64,000 nt of DNA from contig CAXXET010000006.1 of assembly GCA_963666115.2 (NCBI GenBank), positions 128,001-192,000 of the forward strand, in the 5' to 3' direction. Origin of the DNA: Dehalococcoidia bacterium (GTDB lineage: Bacteria; Chloroflexota; Dehalococcoidia; UBA6926). Below the pieces are notes generated by a model. That model made no database searches. It was not told the origin of the DNA and saw only the letters and a list, made by a program, of their open reading frames with translations. The translations under genes were made by a program, and so were the position numbers. Shown in pieces: positions 28,867 through 40,225 of this stretch (positions within the stretch are counted from its first letter, which is position 1; every line of letters starts with the position of its first letter).

Positions 28867-30044
28867 CCATCTACCTGGATCATGCCGCCACGACCGCTGT
28901 TGATCCCCGCGTTATGGATGTTATGTTACCTTATTTCACCGGCCAGTACGGGAACCCCTCCAGCATCTATGGGCTCGGGCAGGACGCCGCCCGTGCTATC
29001 GACTCTGCCCGTGACCAGGTCGCCGGTGTCCTGAACGCCCGCAACGGCGACATCATCTTCACCGGCGGCGGCACCGATTCCGACAACATGGCCATCCGCG
29101 GCGCCGCATACGCCCTCCGCCGGCACGGCAGCCACGTCATCACCTCCGCCAGCGAGCACCACGCCGTCATTCATACCTGTGAGTGGCTTGAGAACAACGC
29201 CGGATTCTCCGTGACTTATCTGAAACCCGATGGCGAGGGCGTCATATCAGCCGAGCGGGTCGCCGAGGCCATCACGCCTGAAACCACCGTCGTCACCATC
29301 ATGTACGTCAACAACGAAACAGGCACCATCCAGCCCATCCCCGAAATCGCCGCCGCAATCCGCGCCGCAGAAGAAAAACACCGCCATCGCATCGTCTTTC
29401 ATACGGACGCCGTGCAGGGAGCGGGCTACCTGAGCCTCGATGTACAGGAGCTTGGCGTCGATATGCTGAGCCTCTCCGCCCACAAGTTCCACGGCCCCAA
29501 GGGCGTCGGCGTGCTCTTCCTGGACCGTGATGCGCCGTTCCAACCGCAGACCATGGGCGGCAGCCAGGAACGGAATCGACGCGCCGGCACGGAAAACACC
29601 CCCGGCATCGTTGGAACCGGCCTTGCCCTCGAGCTGGCTGAAAGCGACCGCGGCGAGACGATCCCGAACATCGCCCAGCTCGCCTCCCGCCTCGGCAACG
29701 GCATCCTTTCCACAATCCCCGATGCTCACCTCAACGGCCCTCCGCTCGGCGACCCGCGCCGCCTGCCCAACAACGTCAACATCTCCTTCAAGAACATTGA
29801 AATCGAATCCGTCCTGATCAACCTTGACATAATGGGAATCGCCGCCTCATCCGGCAGCGCCTGCACGTCCGGCTCCATCGACCCCTCGCACGTCCTCATC
29901 GCGATGGGCAAGCCGCTTGAACTGGCGCGCAATAGCCTGCGCCTCACGCTTGGACGTGACAATACCGGCGCGGACATCGACCGCGTCCTTGACGTTCTGC
30001 CGGAGACCGTCCGGCGCGTTCGCTCACTGGACAGGAGCCGTTAG
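28863..30044 (+). CDS. iscS: Cysteine desulfurase (IscS/NifS group I)
   Basis: YLDHAATT, HTDAVQ, SAHKFHGPKG, SSGSACTS; ATGA overlap with nadE. Confidence 0.92.
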   Translation: MTIYLDHAATTAVDPRVMDVMLPYFTGQYGNPSSIYGLGQDAARAIDSARDQVAGVLNARNGDIIFTGGGTDSDNMAIRGAAYALRRHGSHVITSASEHHAVIHTCEWLENNAGFSVTYLKPDGEGVISAERVAEAITPETTVVTIMYVNNETGTIQPIPEIAAAIRAAEEKHRHRIVFHTDAVQGAGYLSLDVQELGVDMLSLSAHKFHGPKGVGVLFLDRDAPFQPQTMGGSQERNRRAGTENTPGIVGTGLALELAESDRGETIPNIAQLASRLGNGILSTIPDAHLNGPPLGDPRRLPNNVNISFKNIEIESVLINLDIMGIAASSGSACTSGSIDPSHVLIAMGKPLELARNSLRLTLGRDNTGADIDRVLDVLPETVRRVRSLDRSR

Positions 30045-30111
30045 ACCGTAGGTCGGCGAGAATCCCCTTGCGCCCCCCAGTGGAGGGGTGCGCGTCAGCG
30101 CCGCGATGGTA

Positions 30112-31617
<1,506 letters not shown>

Positions 31618-31632
31618 ATTTCCTCCTCCGTT

Positions 31633-33561
31633 CTATATGTTGCGGGTGTTCCTGTTCCAGGCGCCGTACTGCACGGCGCGGAGCTGTTCAAGGCGTTCGG
31701 TAAACTGCGCTCTCATCTCATCGGTGATGGCGCGAAGCGCGTCGGCCTCCTCGCCGTCTTCTTCGGCAAGCGATGCCACGGCCTCCGCCGCCTCAAGCTC
31801 ATCCTTCTTGAGTTGGCGCTCCCACATGCGGCGCACCAGATCGCTCAGCGCCTTGCCCTGCGCCCGCCGATCAAGCTGCACAGGAATGGCGGCGCGAAGC
31901 TCGTCCGCGTCCGGGCTGACGAGGATTTCGGCGCGCGTCACCGCATCGGCGGTGGTCAGCAGCTGCCACATGTCGCGGCGCTGCGGGTCCCAGAAGAAAT
32001 GGGACGGCAGTTCCGGCAAATCAAGCCGCTGCCATGCATCGAAAATCTCGTTGTCGTGCGTGAGGACGAGCGCGAGAAGGTGCTGCTCAACCACCTCGCC
32101 ACGTGAGTCGTCTAATAGGCTAGAACTAATCTGGTCTGTGGGTTCTTCCGATGCTCTGGTCCTCGGCTGATCGACTCGCCCAAGTTGTCTCGGACGGCTA
32201 ATTCCGGGCTGTTGCCTAATGGCGGACTCTAGTCGCTGCACGTCCATGTTCAGCGTAGTAGCCAGTTGCTCGAAGAGAGCCTGCTGCTCGTATTGGTCCC
32301 GGATCTGTCGGATGATTGGAAGCAGGCGCTCAATGACTTCCTTTCTGCCTTGAGCTGAACTGGTGTCCTTGCTCTTAACTTCCGCCTGGATAAGGTAGTC
32401 AAGAATGGGCGTGGCCTCTTCGACGCGCTTGCGCCAGTCATCGGGGTCGCTGCGGATGACATCGTCCGGGTCGCGGTCAGGCGGGAGGGCGATGATGCGG
32501 AGCTTGGGCAGTTCTCGCCGCACGCCCATTGGAACGGCGGAGTTTGAAACGCGGACGACTTCACGCCGGAAGATGTCAAAGGCCCCCTCGAGGCTGCGGC
32601 GCGTGGCCTCTTCACCGGCCGTGTCGGGATCGAGGGCGAGGGCGTAGCGGCGGGCCATGGTGCGCACGAGGCTCACCTGCCTCTCCGTGAGGGCGGTGCC
32701 CATGATGGCGACGACGTTGCCGAACCCGGCCTGGTGGGCCTGCAGCGCGTCCATGTAGCCCTCGACAAGGACGACTTCGCCCCCGGCGCGGATGGCCTGC
32801 TCTGCGCGGTCAAGGGCAAAAAGAGCGCCGCTCTTGTCAAAGAGCGGCGTCTGGGGCGAGTTCAGATACTTGGGCTGTGAGTCATCGAGGGCGCGGGCGC
32901 CGAAACCGATGACGCGGCCTTTACCATCGCGAATCGGGAACATGAGCCGCTCACGGAAACGGTCATAGGAGCCCGGATTGCCGTCCGTGCTGTCGTCATC
33001 CCGTTCCCGTGCAATTACCAGGCCCGCCTGTAGCATCTGCTGCTCGGTGTGGCCCAGGTCGGAAAGGTGGTTCTTCAAGGCCTCCCAGCCCTTGGGCGCC
33101 ATGCCAAGCTGGAAATCCTTGACGGTCTCGTCGCTGATGCCGCGCTCTCGCAAGTAGCGCAGGGCCTGCTCGCCGGCGGGAGAGAAGGTCAGAATCCTGT
33201 GGAAGTAGTCGGCGGCGCCCTGGAGGGCCGTGTAAAGAGTATCGTTCTGCTTCCGCTGGGATTCGTCCTGTCTGCGGGTATCGGGAATGGTGACGCCCGC
33301 CCGCTCCGCCAACCGGGACAACGCCTCTGAGAAGGTCAGGTTGTCAGCGCGCTGGATGAACGAAAAGGCGTCGCCGCCCGTGCCGCACGCCCCGAAACAG
33401 TGCCATGTGCCGCGGTCCGGGAAGACGATGAACGACGGCGTCTTTTCGTTGTGGAACGGGCAGTTCGCCTTGAAATTGCGGCCCGCCTTTTGGAGCGGCA
33501 CGCGCGACTGGATAAGGTCAACGATGTCCGTGCGGGCCTTGACGTCATCGACGACAGTCAT
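31633..33561 (-). CDS. dnaG: DNA primase
   Basis: CPFHNEKTPSF zinc finger, KYLNSPQT, VEGYMD, DPDTAG. Confidence 0.96.
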   Translation of the reverse strand: MTVVDDVKARTDIVDLIQSRVPLQKAGRNFKANCPFHNEKTPSFIVFPDRGTWHCFGACGTGGDAFSFIQRADNLTFSEALSRLAERAGVTIPDTRRQDESQRKQNDTLYTALQGAADYFHRILTFSPAGEQALRYLRERGISDETVKDFQLGMAPKGWEALKNHLSDLGHTEQQMLQAGLVIARERDDDSTDGNPGSYDRFRERLMFPIRDGKGRVIGFGARALDDSQPKYLNSPQTPLFDKSGALFALDRAEQAIRAGGEVVLVEGYMDALQAHQAGFGNVVAIMGTALTERQVSLVRTMARRYALALDPDTAGEEATRRSLEGAFDIFRREVVRVSNSAVPMGVRRELPKLRIIALPPDRDPDDVIRSDPDDWRKRVEEATPILDYLIQAEVKSKDTSSAQGRKEVIERLLPIIRQIRDQYEQQALFEQLATTLNMDVQRLESAIRQQPGISRPRQLGRVDQPRTRASEEPTDQISSSLLDDSRGEVVEQHLLALVLTHDNEIFDAWQRLDLPELPSHFFWDPQRRDMWQLLTTADAVTRAEILVSPDADELRAAIPVQLDRRAQGKALSDLVRRMWERQLKKDELEAAEAVASLAEEDGEEADALRAITDEMRAQFTERLEQLRAVQYGAWNRNTRNI

Positions 33562-34649
33562 AGCGCCACCTCCGCCAATGGAGTGGTGGGGACGCGGCCG
33601 GCGCGCAGATCCTCGGCGGCGCGCGCCGCGAACTGGTCCGTCATGCCGGAGATATAGTCGACGGCGCGGCGCGGCGCATCGTCTTCAGGCCGCGCATAGC
33701 CCTCGGGGATCAGTTCAGGCGACTGTGTGAATGTGTCCCACAGGGTTTCGAGGATGCGGAGCGGCTCTCCGGTCTGGTCTTTGGCCGCAGTGAGATAGAC
33801 GTTGTCGAACAGGAACTCGCGGAGATCGACGATGGCGCGGAGGACGGGCTGGCTCATGGCGATGTGAGGGCGCTCGCCCTCGTCCACGTGAACGCCGTCC
33901 TGGCCGGCAACGGGCCACGACGTTTCGACAAGGTCGGCGATGATGCTGTTGAGCCGCTCGGCGTGGCGGTTGCCGAGCAGTTGGCGGACGTGGAGCGGGA
34001 TGTCCTCGGGCCGGATGACACCGGCGCGGAGAGCGTCGCCGAGATCGTGATTGACATAAGCAATCGCATCGCTAAGGCGGCAGATTTCCGCTTCAAGACT
34101 AATCCCATCATCCTCCTGCCGGATCGCGCCGAGGCCGCCGCGTCCCTTGGAGTGTTTGAGGATGCCGTCCCTGACTTCCCACGTGAGGTTCAGCCCCTCG
34201 CCGTCCTTTTCCAGGACGTCCACCACGCGAAGGCTCTGCTCGGCGTGGCGGTAGCCGCCGGGGATTCGTTCGGCGAAGAACTCTTCCCCAAGGTGGCCGA
34301 ACGGCGTGTGGCCGAGGTCATGCCCGAGCGCGATGGCTTCAGCAAGGTCTTCGTTGAGCCTGAGCGCGCGGGCGATGGAGCGGGCGATCTGGGAAACCTC
34401 AATGGTGTGCGAGAGGCGCGTCGAGAAGTGGTCGCTGAGGGGGGCGATGAAGACCTGCGTCTTGTGCTTGAGGCGGCGAAATGCCTTTGAGTGGATGATG
34501 CGGTCGCGGTCTCGCTGGAACTCCGTCCTCATGAAGGAGGGCTCTTCAGGAACGCGCCGCCCCCGCGTGTCACGGCTGAGTTGAGCAAAGGGGGAGAGCG
34601 TCTGCTCTTCCAACTGCTCGAGGTGTAGGCGAATGTGGTGATTGTTCAT
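33558..34649 (-). CDS. dgt: dGTP triphosphohydrolase
   Basis: FQRDRDRIIHSKAFRRLKHKTQVF, GHDLGHTPFGH, DYISGMTD. Confidence 0.94.
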   Translation of the reverse strand: MNNHHIRLHLEQLEEQTLSPFAQLSRDTRGRRVPEEPSFMRTEFQRDRDRIIHSKAFRRLKHKTQVFIAPLSDHFSTRLSHTIEVSQIARSIARALRLNEDLAEAIALGHDLGHTPFGHLGEEFFAERIPGGYRHAEQSLRVVDVLEKDGEGLNLTWEVRDGILKHSKGRGGLGAIRQEDDGISLEAEICRLSDAIAYVNHDLGDALRAGVIRPEDIPLHVRQLLGNRHAERLNSIIADLVETSWPVAGQDGVHVDEGERPHIAMSQPVLRAIVDLREFLFDNVYLTAAKDQTGEPLRILETLWDTFTQSPELIPEGYARPEDDAPRRAVDYISGMTDQFAARAAEDLRAGRVPTTPLAEVAL

Positions 34650-34692
34650 GTGCAGGACAAATAAAAATAGCCCCTGTCAAGGGTTCACGGAC

Positions 34693-34722
34693 AACGATAC
34701 CCATGCGTACCGATGGTGTCAA
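34693..34722 (-). promoter_or_regulatory. Putative promoter of dgt-dnaG-rpoD
   Basis: Minus strand TTGACA-N17-TATCGT. Confidence 0.6.
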
Positions 34723-34731
34723 TGAGGCGCG

Positions 34732-36201
34732 TCAGGGGCGGAGGCGGTTTTGGGGCGGGACGACGTATGGGGGGGCGGGGATGACGTGGTGGGGGGGATG
34801 CGCCCCCGCCGAACCTGTCATTCTGAGAGCAGTCGAAGAATCCCCCGCGCAGGCTGGGGCGCGGCGGGAGTCCTGGCGGAGGGTCTGGACGTGGTAGGCA
34901 AAGAAGGCTACTGCGGGGATGATGATGGAGAGCGTGGGGACCAGGGCATCGCCCAGGAAGCCTGACCCCTGGCCGAGTATCTCGCTCAGCACGGCGGCAA
35001 TGAGGGCGACGAGGGTGAAGAGCCATGTGCCGCCGAGGGCGATGAGGGCCACGTAGAGGTAGATGCGCCGGACAAGGCTGCGGGGATCGGCGTTGACGAC
35101 GCGCCACCAGAACGCGGCCCAGAGCGGCGCGCCGACGATGATCATGGTGAGGGCGACAGCAAGGACTTCGCCTTCGCCGTCTGTCGTGGTCAGCACGTCG
35201 CTATCGGTCAAGAGGGTCAGGATGGTGACGAGGAGTCCCATGAGGCCGGGGACGAGGGCGATGAGGCCGACGGCGGACATGATGTATTGGAAGGTGTGGG
35301 ACAGGGGGCGGGCGGAGTCGCGTTGTATGACAGACCAGTGGTAGGCGAGAAGGGCGAGTCCGATGAGGAGGCCGACGGCGGGGAGGATGAACTGCCGGAA
35401 GTAGATAGCGGTTGTGGCGGCATCGTCCGCGCCGACGATTTTGGCGATGACGACGTAGATGGTCGCGCTCGCGCCCCAGAGGGAGAGCAGCGCCCCGCCG
35501 ATGAAGGCGAAACCGTAGAGATAGACCTGCCGGAGGACTGATTCTTCGTCGCCGGTCACAACGGCTCGCCATTGGATTGCCCAGGCGGCGATGCCGACTA
35601 CCGCCCAGCCGGCGGCAGTACGGAGAGGGTCCTGGAAGTCTTGGGCGTCAACGAGGACGTCCGTATCAAAGACAAGGTTGTAGGCGGCATAGGCGAAACC
35701 GTAGGCGATCCAGTAGGTTCCGACGACGGCGGATGTTAGGAAGATGACGCTGAGACCGTAGACGCGCCATCGCTTGACGGTCTGGGCGCGGGAGCCGGGC
35801 TGCCCCTCCAGGTTTTCGCGCCGCCAGAGGTAGTACCAGAGACCGGCGGCGGCGATCACGCCCCCGACGTTTGCGAGCCCGTCAAAATCGCCGGCCACGT
35901 CCTGAACGACGTACAGCGCGCCGGCAAAAACATACAGGGCGGCGAGGGCCAGCGCGCCGTTGACATAAAGTTTTCGCAGCACCGACCCAGCCTCGTCGGG
36001 ATGCCGGGCGACAGCGCGGCTACCAAGGAAGTCATGTCCGAACCAGACGGGAAGGCCGACGATGATCATGGCGATCCACGTGGCCATATCGAGGGTTTCG
36101 AGACGGACGATATCGGTGGCAAGCCCGTACGCGCCCTGGAGGAGGATGGCAAAGGATACAAAGGCCGCCAGGTAAACGTATGAGCGTTGGGGGATGCTCA
36201 T
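34732..36201 (-). CDS. Polytopic membrane protein, DUF5671-like repeats
   Basis: Repeated 'IVGLPVWFGH / LRKLY / VRRIYLY' units; C-terminal tail runs through REP elements. Confidence 0.7.
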   Translation of the reverse strand: MSIPQRSYVYLAAFVSFAILLQGAYGLATDIVRLETLDMATWIAMIIVGLPVWFGHDFLGSRAVARHPDEAGSVLRKLYVNGALALAALYVFAGALYVVQDVAGDFDGLANVGGVIAAAGLWYYLWRRENLEGQPGSRAQTVKRWRVYGLSVIFLTSAVVGTYWIAYGFAYAAYNLVFDTDVLVDAQDFQDPLRTAAGWAVVGIAAWAIQWRAVVTGDEESVLRQVYLYGFAFIGGALLSLWGASATIYVVIAKIVGADDAATTAIYFRQFILPAVGLLIGLALLAYHWSVIQRDSARPLSHTFQYIMSAVGLIALVPGLMGLLVTILTLLTDSDVLTTTDGEGEVLAVALTMIIVGAPLWAAFWWRVVNADPRSLVRRIYLYVALIALGGTWLFTLVALIAAVLSEILGQGSGFLGDALVPTLSIIIPAVAFFAYHVQTLRQDSRRAPACAGDSSTALRMTGSAGAHPPHHVIPAPPYVVPPQNRLRP

Positions 36202-36731
36202 GACGATGCCTCCTGAGCAATTACCGGAGTGGGGGCGGTTTCATCATCGCAATAGTCGTCCCGGATGTGTTCGAGGTTTATTGGCCACTCTGATTCCGCT
36301 ATGCGCCAGTAGCCGTCCTGGGTGCGGTGGAGTTCGAACTCGTTCTCGAACGTGTCGCGGTTGTTCGGGAGTTCAAAGAGATCAGGCTCATCACGGTACG
36401 CAACGCCGACAGTGACGATCACGGTTTCGGAATCGACCTCTTCCACGTCACCGAGCCTGACGCGATAGCGGTCATACGAGGGGGAGGTGATTCTATCGCG
36501 CAGTTCGTCGGTGGCGCACGGGGTGTTGTTTTCCTCTGTCAGCAGCAGAAGGGCCGTGTTGGCGTCCTCTTCGATGACGGCGCGGATGTAGCGCTGGACG
36601 GCGCCCTCGGGGGTGTCCGGGGGGTAGGTGGCTTCCTCGTCGTCGATGAGGCGCGGGAGGGCGACAGCGAGGATGACGAGGATGATTACGCCGGCGACGA
36701 CACCTATGAGTATTTTGGTCGATGAGTCCAT
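36198..36731 (-). CDS. Membrane-anchored hypothetical protein (NTF2-like)
   Basis: N-terminal TM, TPEGAVQRY..A, GYWRI; ATGA overlap with the downstream gene. Confidence 0.7.
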   Translation of the reverse strand: MDSSTKILIGVVAGVIILVILAVALPRLIDDEEATYPPDTPEGAVQRYIRAVIEEDANTALLLLTEENNTPCATDELRDRITSPSYDRYRVRLGDVEEVDSETVIVTVGVAYRDEPDLFELPNNRDTFENEFELHRTQDGYWRIAESEWPINLEHIRDDYCDDETAPTPVIAQEASS

Positions 36732-36801
36732 GGGGACATTTTACATGCGGGCTTAGGGGGGTACTTGACCGATCAGTCGTTGGGCAATATATTGGCAAGC
36801 G

Positions 36802-36822
36802 ATATATCGTATTGCGCTATAT
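36802..36822. promoter_or_regulatory. Putative PadR-type operator
   Basis: ATATATCG-TATTG-CGCTATAT inverted repeat (7/8) upstream of the PadR gene. Confidence 0.55.
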
Positions 36823-36877
36823 GCCCCTCGGAGTATCGAACCGGAGCGGAATCACCTGTGTTATGGAAGGGAGTCGC

Positions 36878-37249
36878 ATGACAGAGCAACACCCAATGCC
36901 CTCGGACTTGCTTCCCCTGCCGGTCTCGCAGCTGCATATCCTGCTTGCCCTGACAACCGGGGACAAGCATGGTTACGCAATCATGAAGGAGATCGAGGCC
37001 TTTACCGGCGAGGGGGTCAGGATGGGGCCGGGCACGCTGTACGGGGCGGCCAAACAGATGTTGAAGGCGGGGTTGATCGAGGAGAGTTTCGAGCGCCCGG
37101 ACCCTGACATGGATGATGAGCGGCGACGCTATTACCGGCTGACCGACCTGGGCCGGCAGACCCTGGACGCGGAGATCGTCCGCATGGAGCGCCTTGCCCA
37201 GACTGCCAGGAAGAAGCAGATGGACGCCATGCAGCGCCGGGGCGCGTGA
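36878..37249 (+). CDS. PadR family transcriptional regulator
   Basis: HGYAIMKEI, GPGTLYG, RRRYYRLT. Confidence 0.92.
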   Translation: MTEQHPMPSDLLPLPVSQLHILLALTTGDKHGYAIMKEIEAFTGEGVRMGPGTLYGAAKQMLKAGLIEESFERPDPDMDDERRRYYRLTDLGRQTLDAEIVRMERLAQTARKKQMDAMQRRGA

Positions 37250-37250
37250 G

Positions 37251-37716
37251 ATGTTCTCCACGAGGGTGTACCGGGCGCTGCTTGCAGCCTATCCGCGCGA
37301 ATTCCGCCGAGAATACGGGGATTTGATGGTCCAGTTCTTCACAGACAGGATGCGTTACGACGGCGGGGGCCTACGCGGATTGATCCTGTGGTGGCAGTTG
37401 ATCTTCGGCTCGTCTGGCGGAATCGAACAATCCCTGCGCCGCGTTGGCGCGATCATCATGTCACCGGACGAATGGGACGGCGTAACAGTGTCAACGACGT
37501 GCGTGGACGTTGCGCGGGGCAACCCGCCGACAGGCCTCGACCAGCTGCCTGAGGAGGAACGCCGGTTTGCGCAGGAGCAGGTGGATAGCCGCGCCTGAGC
37601 AGTCGTCGGACATGCTGCTCGCCTTTGCCGTCATGCTGGCGTACACCACGTTGTTCATTGCGGCTACTGCCTGGATATTCAGGCGCAGGGACATCGGCGG
37701 GGCTGCCGGCGACTGA
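37251..37716 (+). pseudogene. Broken or chimeric ABC-permease-like gene downstream of PadR
   Basis: N-terminus YRALLAAYPREFRREYG (typical of PadR partners) stops at 37598; a permease-type C-terminus (..AWIFRRRDIGG) lies in another frame. Confidence 0.55.
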
Positions 37717-37986
37717 TTAGGGCATTTCGTCGACGTGGATCTTGACGTCGCGCTGGACGGTTAGGCCGACGAGGGCGGCGCGGAGGGGCGTTGCGCCATC
37801 GTCCGGAACGCGCACGAGCAGAGTCACGCTGACGGCCGTATCGAGGGTGACAGAGGACGTAGTCTCAATTGATGCGCCGGCGCGTTCAATGGCCGCAAGA
37901 ATATCGTCGACCAGGCCGGCACGGTCATCGGCGATGGCCGTGATGATGACGCGATTCGCGTTGGTATTGTCCTGATTGGGTGACAT
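37717..37986 (-). CDS. ACT domain protein (GcvR-like)
   Basis: VIITAIADDRAGLV..I..AGASI. Confidence 0.8.
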   Translation of the reverse strand: MSPNQDNTNANRVIITAIADDRAGLVDDILAAIERAGASIETTSSVTLDTAVSVTLLVRVPDDGATPLRAALVGLTVQRDVKIHVDEMP

Positions 37987-38016
37987 GGGGGTAGGATACG
38001 GCATGGAGGGAGGTGT

Positions 38017-38979
38017 GTGATGGCGCGGGAGATGGTGGAGACGGTAAGGGGGCCGGTGGCGGCGAGCGAGCTGGGGTTCACGCTATCGCATGAGCACGTG
38101 ATCGTCGGGTTTCCGGGGATCAAGCAAACGTATCCGGAGTTGATGGACTGGGAGGGCATCGAGTCGGGGGGTATCGCGATGCTGTCCGAGGCGCGCGCCG
38201 AGGGACTCAATACGATCATGGACGCGACGCCGTTCGAGTTGGGCCGCGACGTGGAGATGCTGCGGCGGGTATCCGAGAGGTCGGGCGTGAATATCGTCGC
38301 GTCGACGGGAACGTACGTAGACATTCCGCGGCTTATCTGGTTTACGCACCCGGACCGCATGGCGGCAGTGTACGTGCGGGAAATCACGGAGGGGATTGAG
38401 GGAACGGGAATCAAGCCCGGTATGATCAAGGTGGCGGACAACAATTATGAACTGTCCGACGCGGAGGTGATGATCCTGCGCGCGGCGTCGCGGGCATCAA
38501 ACGAGACCGACATCCCGATCACGACCCACACGCAGCCGCTGAACAAGGTTGGGGAGCCGCAGTGGCGCATCTTCGCGGAGGAGAAAGTCGACCCGGCGCG
38601 GGTGTGCATCGGGCATTCATCGGACGCGACGGATTTCGAGTACCTGGCGGACCTGGCGCGCGAGGGAGTGTTCCTGGGGATGGACGAGCTGCCGGGGCAC
38701 CAGTTGAATGAGCCGTGGCGGGAGAAAGCAGATATGGTCAAACGCCTGCTGGACGCGGGTTTCGAGCGCAATTTGATGCTGTCGCATGACTGGTCGGTAA
38801 AGAAGCATCCCGATGATTCATGGGGCGCGTCGGAGGAGAAGCATCGGCAGGTGAACCCGGACGGGTACGCGTTCGTGGGGCGTCGGTTTGTGCCGTACCT
38901 GCGTGAGCTAGGCGTGGAGGAAGAGGCTATTCGGTTGATGACGGTGGAGAATCCGCGGAGGTTTTTGGCGGGGGAGTGA
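38017..38979 (+). CDS. Phosphotriesterase-like lactonase
   Basis: TLSHEH, MIKVA, TTHT, IGHS, LSHD metal ligands. Confidence 0.9.
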   Translation: MMAREMVETVRGPVAASELGFTLSHEHVIVGFPGIKQTYPELMDWEGIESGGIAMLSEARAEGLNTIMDATPFELGRDVEMLRRVSERSGVNIVASTGTYVDIPRLIWFTHPDRMAAVYVREITEGIEGTGIKPGMIKVADNNYELSDAEVMILRAASRASNETDIPITTHTQPLNKVGEPQWRIFAEEKVDPARVCIGHSSDATDFEYLADLAREGVFLGMDELPGHQLNEPWREKADMVKRLLDAGFERNLMLSHDWSVKKHPDDSWGASEEKHRQVNPDGYAFVGRRFVPYLRELGVEEEAIRLMTVENPRRFLAGE

Positions 38980-39005
38980 GGGCGGAGCCTGGACTTACCC
39001 CGCTA

Positions 39006-40154
39006 TTAGCGCTCGGCCAGCGCGGACTGGATGATGCCTATCATTCGCGCGTTCGTTTCAGCGTCTTTGACGGCGATTCGTAATGAGCGGTCGCCAAGCT
39101 GCGGGCTCGTCGCCGCAGGATCCCGCAGGAAGAGGTTATGTCGGCGGCATCGCTCCATCAATTCGGTGGTCGTCGGGGCGTCCGGCGTCAGTTCCAGCAA
39201 GCAGAAGTTTGCGGTTCCGGAAATGACAGTAATACCGGGCAACAACCGAAGTTCGTCGGCCAGCCCCTTCCGCAGAGCCCTGGTTTCCCGGTAGCGGGCA
39301 TCATAATACATGGGGGCGTCCAGCGCCTTTACGGCTGCCAGTTGACCTGGGAGGCTGACGGCCCATGGCGCGGTGCGGCGTCTGAGCATACTCATCATTC
39401 GCGGAGGCCCGACAAGGTATCCCACGCGCAGCCCGCTCAGCGCGTAAACCTTGGACATGGACTTACACACCACCACATTGTCACTCTCAGCCGCAAATCG
39501 CTCCAAAGATTCATCAGGACCAAGATAGTCAACGTAGGCTTCATCAATCCAGAACAGTGTGTCTCGGGGAGAGCGTTCAATGAGTTGGATCATTTCGTCG
39601 CGCGGGATGTGCTGCCCAGTGGGATTGTTCGGGTTGACAAGAACGACCAGGTCGTAGCCTTCACTCAGAGTATGTTGCAGTTCGTCACGATCTACGACGA
39701 ATCTCTTGTCTGCCCTGAGTGTGAACCGATCAGTTCGGCATCCGATGACCTGTTCAAGCACGTGAGCGTATTCGCCGTATGAGGGGTCGAGAATCAGCGC
39801 TCTGCTACCAGATTGGAGCCAATGTATGAGAGCGAGAAATATGAGCTGTGACGAGCCTGCGCCCACGACGATTGATTCCTGGGATAATCCACGCCGTTCC
39901 GCAATCGTCTCAATCATTCCTTCGCTGCCTGTGGGCGGCGAGGTGCGCGCCAGCCAAGGCAGATGCTGCGCCAATGCTTCAACAACGGCGGGCGCAGGTG
40001 GGAACCAGGCGTCCAGCACGTCTGCATTGATGACGTCCGGCACCCGATCCAGCCGTTCAAAGCGATGGCCAATTGCGTCAAAGAACGCGCCTCCGTGAAA
40101 CGCGCCCCCCCGAAAGCAGGCATCCGAGTCAGTTTCTTCACTAATGCCGAGCAT
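39006..40154 (-). CDS. PLP aminotransferase class I/II (HisC/CobD-like)
   Basis: VNPNNPTG, IDEAY, SMSKVYALSGLRVGY; lower GC than flanks. Confidence 0.85.
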   Translation of the reverse strand: MLGISEETDSDACFRGGAFHGGAFFDAIGHRFERLDRVPDVINADVLDAWFPPAPAVVEALAQHLPWLARTSPPTGSEGMIETIAERRGLSQESIVVGAGSSQLIFLALIHWLQSGSRALILDPSYGEYAHVLEQVIGCRTDRFTLRADKRFVVDRDELQHTLSEGYDLVVLVNPNNPTGQHIPRDEMIQLIERSPRDTLFWIDEAYVDYLGPDESLERFAAESDNVVVCKSMSKVYALSGLRVGYLVGPPRMMSMLRRRTAPWAVSLPGQLAAVKALDAPMYYDARYRETRALRKGLADELRLLPGITVISGTANFCLLELTPDAPTTTELMERCRRHNLFLRDPAATSPQLGDRSLRIAVKDAETNARMIGIIQSALAER

Positions 40155-40225
40155 CGTACTGCCTCCGTCAATCAGTTCTCACTATTTTGCTGTTGCCATG
40201 GGAAAGCAGCACCGTCAGGCGGAGA

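Noticed and set aside
28903-28932. dif-like TTATGTTACCT in iscS (also TTATGTCAATC in dgt and TTATGTTCGAA in nadE)
   Set aside because: Only the XerD-like arm matches; the XerC arm lacks ATAA and all lie within coding sequence
37596-37716. UGA read-through as selenocysteine
   Set aside because: The in-frame continuation is not protein-like; the meaningful C-terminus is in another frame
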